DNA of 63,176 nucleotides, the filler included, from Octopus bimaculoides (Eukaryota), in NCBI RefSeq assembly GCF_001194135.2. It is 10 parts of 8 records of this genome, joined end to end, with 100 filler letters (N's around TTAATTAATTAA, not from the genome) between each part and the next. Parts side by side here need not be neighbours in the genome. Positions count along the whole stretch, not along the records: positions 1 to 9,113 come from NC_068991.1; positions 9,214 to 13,494 come from NC_068993.1; 8 more parts are not named here. One strand, 5' to 3'. Positions 1 to 13,340 of the stretch are shown here, in pieces. The notes under the pieces were generated by a model. That model had not been told where the DNA came from and did not search any database. It was given only the letters and a program-made list of their open reading frames with translations. The first letter of the stretch is position 1, and each line of letters opens with the position of its first letter. The position numbers were made by a program, and so were the translations under genes.

Positions 1-176
1 TATATATAAGCAAATAAGAAGCTGGTTCTAAAATCTCTGTAAGAGATGAATGCAGTAGCTGTACAAGCAGGCATTGTTTGTCGCCACTTCAACATGAGTA
101 AGTAATACGAACGCTACAAATCGAATATAAGTATAAAAACTGTAGGCGATCCAGTATGGCTGTCAAAGCTACTCAC

Positions 177-250
177 CTGATGACGTGCAAGTACATCATA
201 TTTATATAAAATATATGAAGTAATATATATACGTGTGAAACGCTCTGCAA
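177..250 (+). ncRNA. Degenerate hammerhead-like motif with long AT-rich helix II
   Basis: CTGATGA at 177-183, imperfect internal stem TACATCATAT/ATATGAAGTA, GAAA at 237-240; helices I and III poorly formed. Confidence 0.25.
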
Positions 251-379
251 CTGCTAGTTGATGTTAATGTACAGAAGCAATTGTGTTTTGAATTAAAGGC
301 TGTTCCTTTCATCATCTTGTATTATAAATTTTATATGTATATATATAAGATCTCTTGTAGATCTTACAAAATGATGTTA

Positions 380-1245
380 ATGGAACAGACCGTACTTTCC
401 CCAACCAGAAATAACAACATCCTTGATCTCTGCTTCACAAACAATATGGACCTTATCTGGAACATAAATATATCACTGTCTACCCACTCAGACCATAACA
501 TGATGGAACTGTCAATATATGGTCCAAAGCTAATTAATGAATCATAAAAAACTGCTGGATCCCAAGTGCTAGCCAACCTGAACTTCTACAAGGCTGACTG
601 GAAGTCCATCAGCAAAGAGATACTCCAGCAAAACTGGCTTAAAAGTCTGTCCATACAAGACACTGACATGAAATTCAATGAATTCATGTCAATAATGCCA
701 CATGCATTAAGTTTGTCCCAGAGTAGAAAGCCACCACACATAAGAACATTACTCCCCAAGATAGAACAATCCAATTGAGACAAAGGATAAAGATTTCGAG
801 TTGCTTAAATAAGGAGCCTAAAGACAGCAAAAAGCCCCGCCTCAAAATGCCGCTCTTAGAGGCTGAGAATAAAATCAGACTCTCCCATGAAAAAGAAAGG
901 GTAAACAGAGAATCCAGGGCGTTGGAAAATATAAAAAGATATCCTAAAGCCTTCTACGAGTTTGCAGAGAGTCTGCCTCGGTGCAATGCAGGATAGGACC
1001 ACTGTTTGAGGAAAAAGGCTCACTGACTGCAGACCCCAAGAAGATAAATGAAGCACTCAAACAATTCTAAAGTGCTTTCACCAACCCACTAGAAAATAAG
1101 CAGACTTGATGAGTTCTTCAATATCTCTAACCTACAAGAGAAAAAGATGACCATCAATTTAGATTGACATTACAGAAGAGGATGTATTGTCGGCCATTGA
1201 CGAGATGAACTCTAACTCTGCAACAGGCCCAGGTGGACTATACTG
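380..1245 (+). mobile_element. Degenerate LINE ORF2 remnant (APE endonuclease C-terminus plus linker toward RT), CR1/L2-like
   Basis: Frameshifted pieces read PTRNNNILDLCFTN...HSDHN (APE end), ANLNFYKADW, PKAFYEFA, and TEEDVLSAIDEMNSNSATGPGG (resembles the K-A-P-G-P-D-G pre-RT motif); many stops. Confidence 0.75.
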
Positions 1246-1534
1246 GAAAAATCCACGGATTCAGAAAAGGCGGTGCACCAGCATGGCCTCAGGCTCTGGC
1301 TGAAACCCGTAAAAGATAAAAGATAAAAGATATATGTTTCCATGTTTGTGTTTCTGTGTATTTTTATGCGCGTGTGTGAGTGTGCGCTTCTTAATATTTC
1401 TGGCTATAAATTTTTCACGGCTGTACGCACGAATATAATCCATTGCGTATGAATGCCAGTTCGCTTGTGTACACACACACACATGCATATATTAATTCAT
1501 ACCTATATATACACACAAACATATATAGATAAAC

Positions 1535-1546
1535 AGGCAGACAGAA

Positions 1547-1619
<73 letters not shown>

Positions 1620-1670
1620 CATACATACATACATACATACATACATAATTACATACATATATACATACAT
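1535..1670. repeat. Compound tetranucleotide microsatellite (GACA)n(GATA)n(CATA)n
   Basis: Directly visible; one example of the many CA/TA/GA microsatellites that create spurious ORFs. Confidence 0.95.
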
Positions 1671-1849
1671 AAAGATGAATATATGTATAAATACATAAGC
1701 ACCTACTTATTCACCTGCATACACATATATACACAATTACAAATATACTTGTGTGTGTGAGTGTGTGTATGTAGCATGTACGTATACGTACACATACACA
1801 CGCACACATATGCATGTATACATATGTGTGTGTGTTAGTGTATGTGTGT

Positions 1850-1908
<59 letters not shown>

Positions 1909-2126
1909 NNNNNNNNNNNNNNNNNNNNNNNNNNNNNNNNNNNNNNNNNNNNNNNNNNNNNNNNNNNNNNNNNNNNNNNNNNNNNNNNNNNNNNNNNNNN
2001 NNNNNNNNNNNNNNNNNNNNNNNNNNNNNNNNNNNNNNNNNNNNNNNNNNNNNNNNNNNNNNNNNNNNNNNNNNNNNNNNNNNNNNNNNNNNNNNNNNNN
2101 NNNNNNNNNNNNNNNNNNNNNNNNNN

Positions 2127-2160
<34 letters not shown>

Positions 2161-2365
2161 GTGTATGTGTGTATGTATGTATGTATATATACACACACAC
2201 AATGCATGTGTCTCTTTACAATTTCAACCAAAGGGAAAGGTGCTTATATGTAGGTGATATATATGAGAAACAATAAGATATTTTGTATATCTGTTTTCCG
2301 CTCTCACTATTTTTTCTTTAACTCACATGCAATAACACACACACGCTTACATCTATACCTATATA

Positions 2366-2403
<38 letters not shown>

Positions 2404-3094
2404 NNNNNNNNNNNNNNNNNNNNNNNNNNNNNNNNNNNNNNNNNNNNNNNNNNNNNNNNNNNNNNNNNNNNNNNNNNNNNNNNNNNNNNNNNNNNNNNNN
2501 NNNATGTATATGTGTATATGCATGCATTGGGGGAAGGGTGTGCCCCTTTTCATTTTTCTGAATTCTTCCTAAAAGGAAGTAATGCATACACATAGATACA
2601 TACGTACTGTCATACACGTACATACATACATCCATACATACAAATATACATACATACGCAATTTTCCCTATAGGTATGTCTCTTGAACTTAATTAACTCC
2701 CACCTATCTAAACACCACAACTGATATATAATATTCATACCCGGAATTCTACGCATTTATCCTCACAAGCAAACATCATCACATAATGATGGACGAAAAC
2801 ACACAGACACACACGTACACAAAATTACAGAGAAATTTCTAACCATTTGTGTTCATATAATCGTTCTACTGTTTCTAATACATGTACATTATTTGCGCTC
2901 AGCACCCGTTAAATATACTCTTAATGGCTGTGTATTCCACAGATTTTTTTTACTTTGAATATAACTCTCCCTGAGCTACAGATTAAAAAATATGTATGAG
3001 ATAAAGGTACAAATAATTCCTTTCGGCACCAGTTTCATATACAGGGACCGAGTCGTCTCGGGTTTATGAATTGGTATATAAAGAGAAACACTTA

Positions 3095-3170
3095 AACTAG
3101 ATGCTGTGCACCGGGATCGAACTCGAGTTGTCGAGGGACGATAATCAAATTTTCAATCACTTGGGCATAG
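3095..3170 (-). mobile_element. tRNA-derived SINE head remnant
   Basis: Minus strand carries a B-box-like GAGTTCGATCCCGG with an A-box-like sequence upstream. Confidence 0.4.
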
Positions 3171-3767
3171 TTGCTGTCTATATACTTACACAAATACACA
3201 CACTCACACACACACACATATAAATTCTTATATACATAAAAACTTATATATACATACATACATTCATACATACATACATACATACGTACGTCCGTGTGAG
3301 TGTGTGTGTGCGTGTGTGTGTGTATTTAATACTTAGATCCATGCGTCTGTGTTTTTTTTTGTGCACGTGTGTATGTGCATTTATGTGATTGTGTGACCGT
3401 ATGCGGTCAAAAGCTTTACTGCGTAGAATAGTGTATACGAATACCCCGTGTTGTTTCGGTATGTAGGTGGGTATTCATTACTTTCAGAGGAACTCTGTGC
3501 CTATATGTATGTGTGTGTGTATGTGTGTGTGTATGTGTGTGTGTGTGTGTTTGTGTGTGTCTGCGCGCGCGCGCGTGCATATCTTTAGTCACATGTATAT
3601 AGATACATAGTACATGCATAATTTTTTGACACTCAGACAAAACTGCGCCCACATAGAAACATACATATATGTCTAAAGGCAGAGCAGTACACTATATAAA
3701 TACACACAAACATACATACATACTGTGTGTGTGTGTGTGTATGCATATATATCTATGTGTATATATA

Positions 3768-3802
<35 letters not shown>

Positions 3803-3837
3803 CTATATCTACGTCTATATCTATCTATCTATCTATC

Positions 3838-3874
<37 letters not shown>

Positions 3875-4445
3875 ATGTCCATGTATATGTGTATATGCAT
3901 GCATTGGGGGAAGGGTGTGCCCCTTTTCATACATATATATATATGTATGTATAGTACACAGGCACAAAGACCCATATGCTCTCCTACGTATGTTCGTATG
4001 TATGTATGTATATATTTATGTACGTATGTATGTATGTATGCATGTATGTATGTATGTATGTATGTATACTTGCGTGTGGGTGTGCTTCTGACTTTGTGTG
4101 TGTGTGTTTAATTGGTGTTGCATATATTGGTGAGCACGCCTTAGCCGAACAGTTACCAAGTTCGCCCCTTAATCATGAGCTCCCGTCATGGTTTCTTGTG
4201 CAATTATCTTTTTCATTATTGTCTATGTCACCCCATAAATTTACGTATGAAATTATATAGACGTAAAACGCATACGAAACTGTTGGATCGTTCTTTTTCT
4301 CTCTAAATCAATTAAGGTACTTGTATGTATGTATAAGCATATGTGTATATATATGTGTGTGTGTGTGTGTGTATGTATAAAAACATATAAATGTATACAC
4401 GTATATGTGTGTATGTATATATGTATATAAATATTAATATAATTA

Positions 4446-4486
<41 letters not shown>

Positions 4487-5267
4487 NNNNNNNNNNNNNN
4501 NNNNNNNNNNNNNNNNNNNNNNNNNNNNNNNNNNNNNNNNNNNNNNNNNNNNNNNNNNNNNNNNNNNNNNNNNNNNNNNNNNNNNNNNNNNNNNNNNNNN
4601 NNNNNNNNNNNNNNNNNNNNNNNNNNNNNNNNNNNNNNNNNNNNNNNNNNNNNNNNNNNNNNNNNNNNNNNNNNNNNNNNNNNNNNNNNNNNNNNNNNNN
4701 NNNNNNNNNNNNNNNNNNNNNNNNNNNNNNNNNNNNNNNNNNNNNNNNNNNNNNNNNNNNNNNNNNNNNNNNNNNNNNNNNNNNNNNNNNNNNNNNNNNN
4801 NNNNNNNNNNNNNNNNNNNNNNNNNNNNNNNNNNNNNNNNNNNNNNNNNNNNNNNNNNNNNNNNNNNNNNNNNNNNNNNNNNNNNNNNNNNNNNNNNNNN
4901 NNNNNNNNNNNNNNNNNNNNNNNNNNNNNNNNNNNNNNNNNNNNNNNNNNNNNNNNNNNNNNNNNNNNNNNNNNNNNNNNNNNNNNNNNNNNNNNNNNNN
5001 NNNNNNNNNNNNNNNNNNNNNNNNNNNNNNNNNNNNNNNNNNNNNNNNNNNNNNNNNNNNNNNNNNNNNNNNNNNNNNNNNNTGTGTGTGTGTGTATGTA
5101 TATATATCGCATAAACGTAAATTTCAGATATAGTTCAGAATGTGATTATGCTCAACAGCTGTTTCATTGACATTAAACTTTATTCGTATAATTACGTAAC
5201 TAAGGTACATAATTGTTGTATATATTTAAATTTGATCGTTACTCAAATTGTCTTTTGTATGCTTGTA

Positions 5268-6133
5268 CGTGGTCTGATCAATAAGTATCCGGATTGCTGC
5301 CATAGTAATGAAGCTGAAGCACGCAGAGTGAAGTCGGTTGGCACAGATTGATCTTGAACATGGCTGTGTATACTCACTAGATTTTGACGTTCTAGCTCGC
5401 TTCTGCTGTGAACAGCAGTGTTTGGAAGGAACGTGCGTAGCGTGTGATCGTCGCATTGACCATAACAGAGTAAGCTGAGTAGAGAACCTGCATCAAATTT
5501 TGCTAAAAGCTTGGCGATACCCGCTCAGAGGCCTACGCACAGTTTTCAATAAATGTCTGATTGTTCTTGACACAATCAAGGAGATCTTGTGCAATTGAAA
5601 CCCGAGGGTCTATTTGGTCAGCTGAAATCAGTTTTTGCACAAACTTGGCAGATACGCGTCTGATATCCAAATCTTCAGTGATAATGGACTGAACTGAACC
5701 GTAACTAATCTGCACATCCTCTGATAACTCACGGATAGTGATTCGACGATTTCCCATCATAGCTACACGCACATCTGCGATATTTTTCTCAGTTCTGCTG
5801 GTTGCGGGTCTCCCAGTACCTTCGTCAATATCGACATTTTTTCAGCCATCATGGAAACGTCTGAATCACTCATACACTTGTGTGCGGCTCCTATACGTCT
5901 CTCCATACATTTTCTGCAACTTTGCGTAGGCCTCTGAGTAGGTATCGCCTTGACAACTTTCTCTGTCATGGTCAATACAACGATCACACGCTACACACCT
6001 TCCTTCCAAGCACTGGTGTAAACAGCGGAAGTGAGCTAGAATGTTACAACTTAGTGCACACAGCAGTGATTACATTGCGTGCTTTAGCTTTGTTACTATG
6101 GCAACAGTCCGGATGTTCATTGATCAGACCACG
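5268..6133 (-). mobile_element. Non-autonomous Tc1/mariner derivative made of two inverted 5' ends, with an N-terminal transposase remnant
   Basis: Ends CGTGGTCTGATCAAT... and ...ATTGATCAGACCACG flanked by TA (5266-67, 6134-35). Minus strand encodes the mariner HTH region NRRITIRELSEDVQISYGSVQSIITEDLDIRRVSAKFV. Confidence 0.9.
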
Positions 6134-6443
6134 TATGTGTGTGTATGTGTAAGCATGCATGCATGTACTTTAGCACATTTTTCTAATGAGTATTCAACTT
6201 TTTTTACTACCTTTCTCTCAGCTGCCAAGACTAAGACAACATCTATGGCTGTTAATAAGACCATGTCTAGCACCACTTTCTCCATCACCATCAGGTCCAT
6301 GGACACCAGACAACACCACTGTTACAGTCACTACAAGCGTGCGCTTAGCCCTATGCATACATAAACACATACAGCCATACATACATGCACACACACACAC
6401 ACACACAAACACACGCGCGCGCGGAAAACACACGCATACATAT

Positions 6444-6475
<32 letters not shown>

Positions 6476-7494
6476 GTATACACACACACACGCGCGCGCA
6501 CACACATATATATATTCATATATACGTATATCTATCTATCTCTCTATATATAGATAGATATAGATATACATACATACATACATACACATACATATATATA
6601 TATATACGTGTATATATATATATATATGTATATATGCATGTATATATATATATATATATATATATTCATACATACACGTATACACACACAGACACACACA
6701 TATATTTGCTTTAAATCTACTCGAAGTTTACACTAAAATCACCACTAAACGAACGCCAATACTACAATTGACACTTCATCCCACATGTCCATACGTGACA
6801 TGTTGCAGCATCATGAAGACCTACCACATTGCACACCATTTCCAGAGGCAAAGCTACATTCATCGCCATTACCATTGCGCCATATAAATTCTAACACCTG
6901 CATGCCGCCATTCTGTCTACTTCGTCGGCCACAATAGCTTCTCATCAGTACTGACTATTATCACAACCACTAAGTCAACAGCTATCAAAAATTGTAGAAA
7001 ATGTCATCTTTGACTTCAAACGCCCATTCATATGTCTCTCTAAATAACAATGATTCAGATATCTTCAGGCAATCGACACATTACTCTTAGACTTTACACA
7101 GAAAATACATGTTGTCTTAAATAACGAAGCACCTTCCACATGTACAATTCTAATTTCCATCGGCATCTGTGCCCTTTTTGTCCTCCATACTTCGACATCC
7201 ATTTATACAAAAATACTCTGCACTACCCTTAAAGAACGACACTAAATACCGGTAGTAAACCAGCTTTCAGGTCACCAAGCCTGTATAGTGCACGAGGGCA
7301 GCATCTGAAGAACCTACAATTTCGTTAATGTAGTACCACAATGATCGGTTAACTCACCCACTCATTGCAACGTATATCTACACCACCATTTCACGTTTCC
7401 ATAAAGCTTAGAAGTTTCATATGAAAATAACATCACACTCATATAGTTCCATCATTTTCCAAAACACTGCTGAACAACTATCTTTGAATTTTTT

Positions 7495-7785
7495 TCCTTA
7501 GGGTTTAGCCGAACAAATCGACACCGGTACTCATCATCTTAAGCCTGGTACTAATTCTATCGTTCTCTTTCGCCGAACTGCTACGGTAAAGAGATGTAAA
7601 CAAACCAGCACCTGTCGTCAAACGATGGCGGGGGACAAACACATATAGGCATAAATACACACACACACACACACACACACACGAGCTTCTTCTAGTTTCC
7701 GTCTAACAAATGAACTCACAAGGCTTTGGTCGACCCGGAATTATAGTAGAAGGGCCACATGGTCGGAAATTAAGCTTTTTAGTGG
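7495..7785 (-). mobile_element. SINE family C (tRNA head, CORE-like box, internal microsatellite), partial copy
   Basis: Matches other copies: cagtttccgtcta...cacaaggctttggtcg...tatagtagaag and ...gaactgct...gatgtaaac. Confidence 0.75.
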
Positions 7786-8084
7786 CAGAAGAACCTTCTC
7801 TGTGTTGTGTCTCGAAGAATTTCTATCTGTTGCGTATGATTATGTTGTTGAGTGTGACGGTTGGTTGTATTCCTGATTCGTTGGTTATGATTTCGGATTA
7901 TAAGGAATGCAATAAGTTTGGTAAATGCACCTTTGAGTTTACGACAAGCATTGCTCTCAGACAATACATACACTACCACCATACGTACATTCATACATAC
8001 ATACATACATGCAAGATTATGTACCCATTACTACTACACAAACTACACCAATATGGCAATCAACATGACACTAACATTCTTTTC

Positions 8085-8505
8085 TAGGAGCGAGGCCCGA
8101 AATTTTGGGGGAGGGGACCAGTCGATTAGATCGACTCCAGTACGCAACTGGTACTTACTTTATCGACACCGAAAGGATGAAAGGTTAATGCGACCTCGGC
8201 GGAATTTGATCTCAGAACGTAACGGAAGACGAAATACCGCTAAGAATTTCGCCCGGCGTGCTAACGTTTCTTATTTCTTTATTGTCCACAAGGGGCTAAA
8301 CATAGAGGGGGACAAACAAGGACAGACAAAGGGATTAAGTCGATTACATCGACCCCAGAGCGTAAATGGTACTTATTTAATCGACCCTGAAAGGATGAAA
8401 GGCAAAGTCGACCTCGGCGGAATTTGAACTCAGAACGTAACGGCAGACGAAATACCGCTAAGCATTTCGCCCGGCGTGCTAACGTTTCTGCCAGCTCGCC
8501 GCCTT
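8085..8505 (-). mobile_element. Two head-to-tail copies of tRNA-derived SINE family A
   Basis: Minus strand AAGGCGGCGAGCTGGCAGAA...GAGTTCAAATTCCGCCGAGGTCGACTTTGCCTTTCATCCTTTC; A and B boxes visible; sequence recurs many times in the window. Confidence 0.9.
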
Positions 8506-8539
8506 TAACATGACACTAATATTATTAAAAACCGGCATC

Positions 8540-8737
8540 GGCAACAACAGCAACTACTACTACTACTACTACTACTACTACCACTACTACTACTGCAGCT
8601 GTTGCTGCTGCTACTACTGCTGCTGCTACTACCACTACTAATAATCATCAAAATAATATTGATAATAATATCACCTTCAAAACCATCGCCACTACCACCA
8701 CCACCAACACCAACACTACTACTACTACTACTACTAT

Positions 8738-8781
<44 letters not shown>

Positions 8782-9113
8782 TTACTACTACTACTATCAC
8801 TGCTGCTGCTGCTGCCACGGAGCTGAAGGCAAACAGCATTAGCACCATCACCATGACCACCAGCACCACCACCACCACCACCCCATTCAGCATCGCTAGC
8901 ACCACCACCATCATCATCATCATCATCATCCTCATCATCATAATCATCGTCGTCGTCGTTGTCATCATCAGCACCACCTCTTCCCCATTCGCGTCATCAT
9001 CATCATCGTCATCATCATCATCATTGTCGTCGTCATCATCATCGTCGTCGTCATCATCATCTTCATCATCGTCGTCGTCGTCATCATCTTCATCATCATC
9101 ATCATCATCATCA
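8540..9113. repeat. Compound trinucleotide microsatellite (ACT/ACC/GCT/CAT)n
   Basis: Directly visible; source of the poly-L/T/S/H ORFs. Confidence 0.95.
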
Positions 9114-9157
9114 NNNNNNNNNNNNNNNNNNNNNNNNNNNNNNNNNNNNNNNNNNNN

Positions 9158-9169
9158 TTAATTAATTAA
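9158..9169. other. Artificial scaffold spacer TTAATTAATTAA inside 44N+12+44N (also at 13539, 19790, 35092, 37071, 47607, 51097, 54852, 58595)
   Basis: Same 12-mer with stops in all six frames, centred in 100-bp N blocks nine times. Confidence 0.9.
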
Positions 9170-9312
9170 NNNNNNNNNNNNNNNNNNNNNNNNNNNNNNN
9201 NNNNNNNNNNNNNCAAGCACAAAGGATTGATGTAATCGACTACCCAACTACTCCTAAAACTGATGGCCTCATGGCAATACTTAAAGATACCACCACCACC
9301 ACCACCACCACC

Positions 9313-9360
<48 letters not shown>

Positions 9361-9899
9361 GTAGTTGTCCTGCGTAAAATTCTCAATTCAAATCCTGCGA
9401 GACTAAATTTGCTTTCCATCATTTTGGGGTGGATAGAATAAAGTATCAGTGAAACATTGGGCCAATGTAATAGACTGTTCTCCTCCTGCAAAATTGCTGG
9501 CTTGGTGCCTATATTACAAACAATAATTGTAGTAGTAGTAGTATAAATAAGCATTGCGTTAGTTTTCAGCTGCATGATCGTACTAATAGATAAGTAATGT
9601 TGAATGTTTCCACTTCAAAAAGTCCATTTCAACGCCAATTATTCCAGCTGTTTAATAAACAATGCTATACTATGCATTAAATGTATTATACCAAAGTGGT
9701 TGAGTACACCGCACAGACTTTATATATCTTAAACGTAACCCGCAAGCAAAATAAGCACAACACAGTGTGTGATAAAGTCGGACCTTCTCATCATAGCTGC
9801 AGTGTATCCGAGAAATTACCACAGTCACAATATTTCGATCACAAGAAACATTATGAATTAGCTTCTTAATCAACCAAGCGTACACCGATATTATATAAT

Positions 9900-10085
9900 G
9901 GTTTCAAGCTTTGGCACAAGGCCAGAAATTTTAGGGAAGGGGATGAATCGATTACATTTTATTGATCCCCAAAGAATGAATGGTAAAGTCGACCTCGGCA
10001 GAATTTGAACTCAGAAGAAAAAAACAATCGAAAGAAAAGCCGCTAAACATTTCGACCTGTGCAGTGTTTTGCTTCTTCGTCGCCT
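9900..10085 (-). mobile_element. SINE family A copy
   Basis: ggcacaaggccagaaatt...gtcgacctcggcagaatttgaactcagaa...cgcctt. Confidence 0.85.
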
Positions 10086-10169
10086 TGATATAATATAATA
10101 TAATATAATATATTTTACAGAGAGAGAGGAATGTATATTTGTATGTATATATATATACATATATATATA

Positions 10170-10204
<35 letters not shown>

Positions 10205-10208
<4 letters not shown>

Positions 10209-10375
10209 AGGCGCAATGGCCCAGTGGTTAGGGCAGCGGACTCGTGGTCATAGGATCGCGGTTTTGATTTCCAGACCGGGCGTTGTGAGTATTTAATGAG
10301 CGAAAACACCTAAAGCTCCACGAGGCTCCGGCAGGGGATGGTGGCGAACCCTGCTGTACTCTTCCACCACAACTT
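10205..10375 (+). mobile_element. SINE family B (tRNA head GGAGGCGCAATGGCCCAGTGGTTAGGGCAGCGGACTCG), cut by a gap
   Basis: A box TGGCCCAGTGG and B-box-like GGTTTTGATTTCC; body shared with copies at 15.5, 16.6, 18.6 and 33.1 kb. Confidence 0.9.
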
Positions 10376-10919
10376 NNNNNNNNNNNNNNNNNNNNNNNNN
10401 NNNNNNNNNNNNNNNNNNNNNNNNNNNNNNNNNNNNNNNNNNNNNNNNNNNNNNNNNNNNNNNNNNNNNNNNNNNNNNNNNNNNNNNNNNNNNNNNNNNN
10501 NNNNNNNNNNNNNNNNNNNNNNNNNNNNNNNNNNNNNNNNNNNNNNNNNNNNNNNNNNNNNNNNNNNNNNNNNNNNNNNNNNNNNNNNNNNNNNNNNNNN
10601 NNNNNNNNNNNNNNNNNNNNNNNNNNNNNNNNNNNNNNNNNNNNNNNNNNNNNNNNNNNNNNNNNNNNNNNNNNNNNNNNNNNNNNNNNNNNNNNNNNNN
10701 NNNNNNNNNNNNNNNNNNNNNNNNNNNNNNNNNNNNNNNNNNNNNNNNNNNNNNNNNNNNNNNNNNNNNNNNNNNNNNNNNNNNNNNNNNNNNNNNNNNN
10801 NNNNNNNNNNNNNNNNNNATATATATAAGAAATACATATATCATTGAAGAAAAGTCGCAAAATATATGCGTCAGGTGACATGAATAATGATGATGATAAT
10901 GATAATGTACATACATAAG

Positions 10920-10960
<41 letters not shown>

Positions 10961-11099
10961 GTCCATACACATAAGAAAATGTGAGGTGCTTTTCTGCGCT
11001 GTGAAGATAAGATATTTTGAGAAATTAAAGTCACTTTTCCTCTAAAATGGAAACAAAGAAAAACAAAAAAAAACAAAAAAAAAAGGGTTATGCACTTTA

Positions 11100-12360
11100 G
11101 AGTAAGTGGGTTTGTCAATTGCACTGATCTCAATGTTCAAGTGGACCTTTATTTTGACCTCGAAAGGATAAAAGACAATGGCGCAATTTAAATCCAGGAT
11201 GTAAAGGGCGGAAGAAATGCTGCTAAATATTATTGTCCGACGTTAAGGATTATGCCCTAATTTTGGCATAAGGCCTGAAATTTGAAGAAAGGGGCAAATC
11301 GATCACGTCGACCAGTACTTGACTGTTATTTTATTTTATCGATCACGAATGAATGGAAAGTGAATTTGACATCATCAGGAAATGAACCCTGAACTTAAAA
11401 AGCTGGAGGAAATTCTCTAAGCATTTTGTTTGACGCGCCAACAATTCTGCTAGCTAAGTACGTTTTTTTTTAATGATTTCTATGTTTGGTACAAGGGCAG
11501 TAATTTTAGGGGAGGGCTCAGTACTTGACTGTTACTTTATTTTATCGACCCCGAAATGATGTGAAGCAAAGTTGATCTCAGCGGACTTTGGATTCACAAT
11601 GTAGAGAATTGGAACAAATACTGCGAAAGCATTTTTCCCAATGCTTTGGCAATTCTATCAATTAGGGGCATCAGATGAGGTGGACATTGTTAGGGCAGTT
11701 TACGATTTGTATGAGGGTTTATATAAAGAGGTGAGGGCAGGAAAGGGGGAGGAAGGAGAACTGAAACAAAATGTATAATTACATAATTTATAAAATACTA
11801 AACACATGGATGATGAAGTGCTTCTGACATAGGGATGCCTCTGACTCGGGCAAATCAAGAAATCCCACAAATTCAGGATACTGACCAAAGGGTCACGAGC
11901 TCATCTATAGGCGCATAATGATGATAACGGCTTCTTATTTAAGCACAAGGCTGCAATTTTGAGAGAAGGAGGTTTAGTCAATACTATTAACTAGGTATTT
12001 GACCGGCACTTTATTTTATCCACGACGGAAGGATAAAAGGTCAAGTCAACCTCGGCGGAAATTGATCGTAGAACGTAATGAATCGGAAGAAATACTCCAA
12101 AGCATTTTGAACAACGTGCGAACGATTCTGCCAGCTCCCAGTTTTTAAACAATGGTTTCTGATTTAGACACAAAGCCAATAATTTTTGAAGAGAGAAGAG
12201 AGACTTACTGGATACCATCGATTCCAGTATTTGACTGATACTTTATTTTATCGACTCTAGGCAAAGGTAAAGTTGATCTTAACCGGATTTGAGCTCAGAA
12301 TGTAAAGAACCGGAACAAATACTTGAATGTGTTTTTCCAACGCTCTAACAATTCTGGTAA
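11100..12360 (-). mobile_element. Cluster of about five diverged SINE family A copies, all on the minus strand
   Basis: Repeated aaggcctgaaatt...cagtacttgactg...ttttatcga...gaatttg motifs near 11.1, 11.27, 11.49, 11.94 and 12.17 kb. Confidence 0.8.
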
Positions 12361-13074
12361 GTTAATATGTTTATCTAAAGGGATCGTCATTTTTCGTTTC
12401 CTTTCTCCTTTTCCTTCCCTTTTACTACACATGCACACACATACACACCTACATATACACACACTCACAATTATATATACACACATACACGTACGCATGC
12501 ACTTAATTACATACATATAGCATATAGACTCCAGAAGTCACAAGACTTGAAACACTGGCGTTAATGTTTGCAGTATGTTGACATATTGAGTGTAGAGACG
12601 AAATAAATATGTATGTACAATAAAAGTGTCAAATAACAACTGAGTCGAATTATAGTAACCAATGAAATATATTTTAAAATAATACTTTACAAATAAAGTT
12701 TATATTTAAGAATTTTCAGTTTTTGAAATATGGATCAATTTACTTCAGAGTATTTCAGAACATAAGTGACTCATTAAGCAGAAGTATTTATTCCATTACC
12801 CATTTTCACTTCAAAGAAACTAGAGAAAGGAGTGTAGAATTTATCCACCGATTACATAAGTTGAAAATTACAAGCTGAGAACTGGAGTGGATTTAATCGA
12901 CTTAAACCCTGCCCTGAAATTGCTGGCATTGTGCCAAAATTTGAAATCAATATTAGTCAAGACAGAAGAAAATGTTGGGCTAGTCAACTAACATTTTGAT
13001 GCAAGTTCCTCTTGAATGCTACGGGTAACATGTAACCCAGTACAACTTGTCGCATGTTTTTTAAAGCTTGATAC

Positions 13075-13340
13075 TTATTCTGTTGGATCTCTCTCTCTCT
13101 CTCTCTCTTGCTGAACCGCTAAGTTAAGGGGTCTCAAAAACATCAACACTGATTAAGCGGTTGATGGGACACACACACACACACACATACATACACATGA
13201 TGGGTTTCTTTCAGTTTTCATCTACCAAATTCACTCAAAAGGCTTTGGTTGGCCTGAGGCTATAGTAGAAGACAGTTGCCTAAATTGCTACGCAGTGGGA
13301 CTGAATCCGGAACCATGTGGTTGGGAAGCAAGCTTCTTAC
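13075..13340 (-). mobile_element. SINE family C copy
   Basis: gaaccgctaagtt...(CA)n...cagttttcatctaccaaattcactc...ggaaccatgtggttgggaagcaagcttcttaccacacaaccacgcctgcgcct. Confidence 0.85.

Noticed and set aside
2504-3930. 50-bp direct repeat (2504-2553, 3879-3930)
   Set aside because: One copy starts at a gap edge within microsatellites; likely an assembly duplicate.
6205-6345. Polypyrimidine-AG followed by an open frame (AAKTKTTSMAVNKTMSS…)
   Set aside because: Looks like a decayed ACC/ACA-rich repeat; no clear donor and no recognisable protein.
10205-10280. tRNA-like sequences at SINE heads
   Set aside because: No full cloverleaf; they run directly into SINE bodies, so they are not tRNA genes.
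11670-11900. Possible L1/Tx1 ORF2 trace (VRAVYDLYEGLY…)
   Set aside because: Too degraded to support as a feature.
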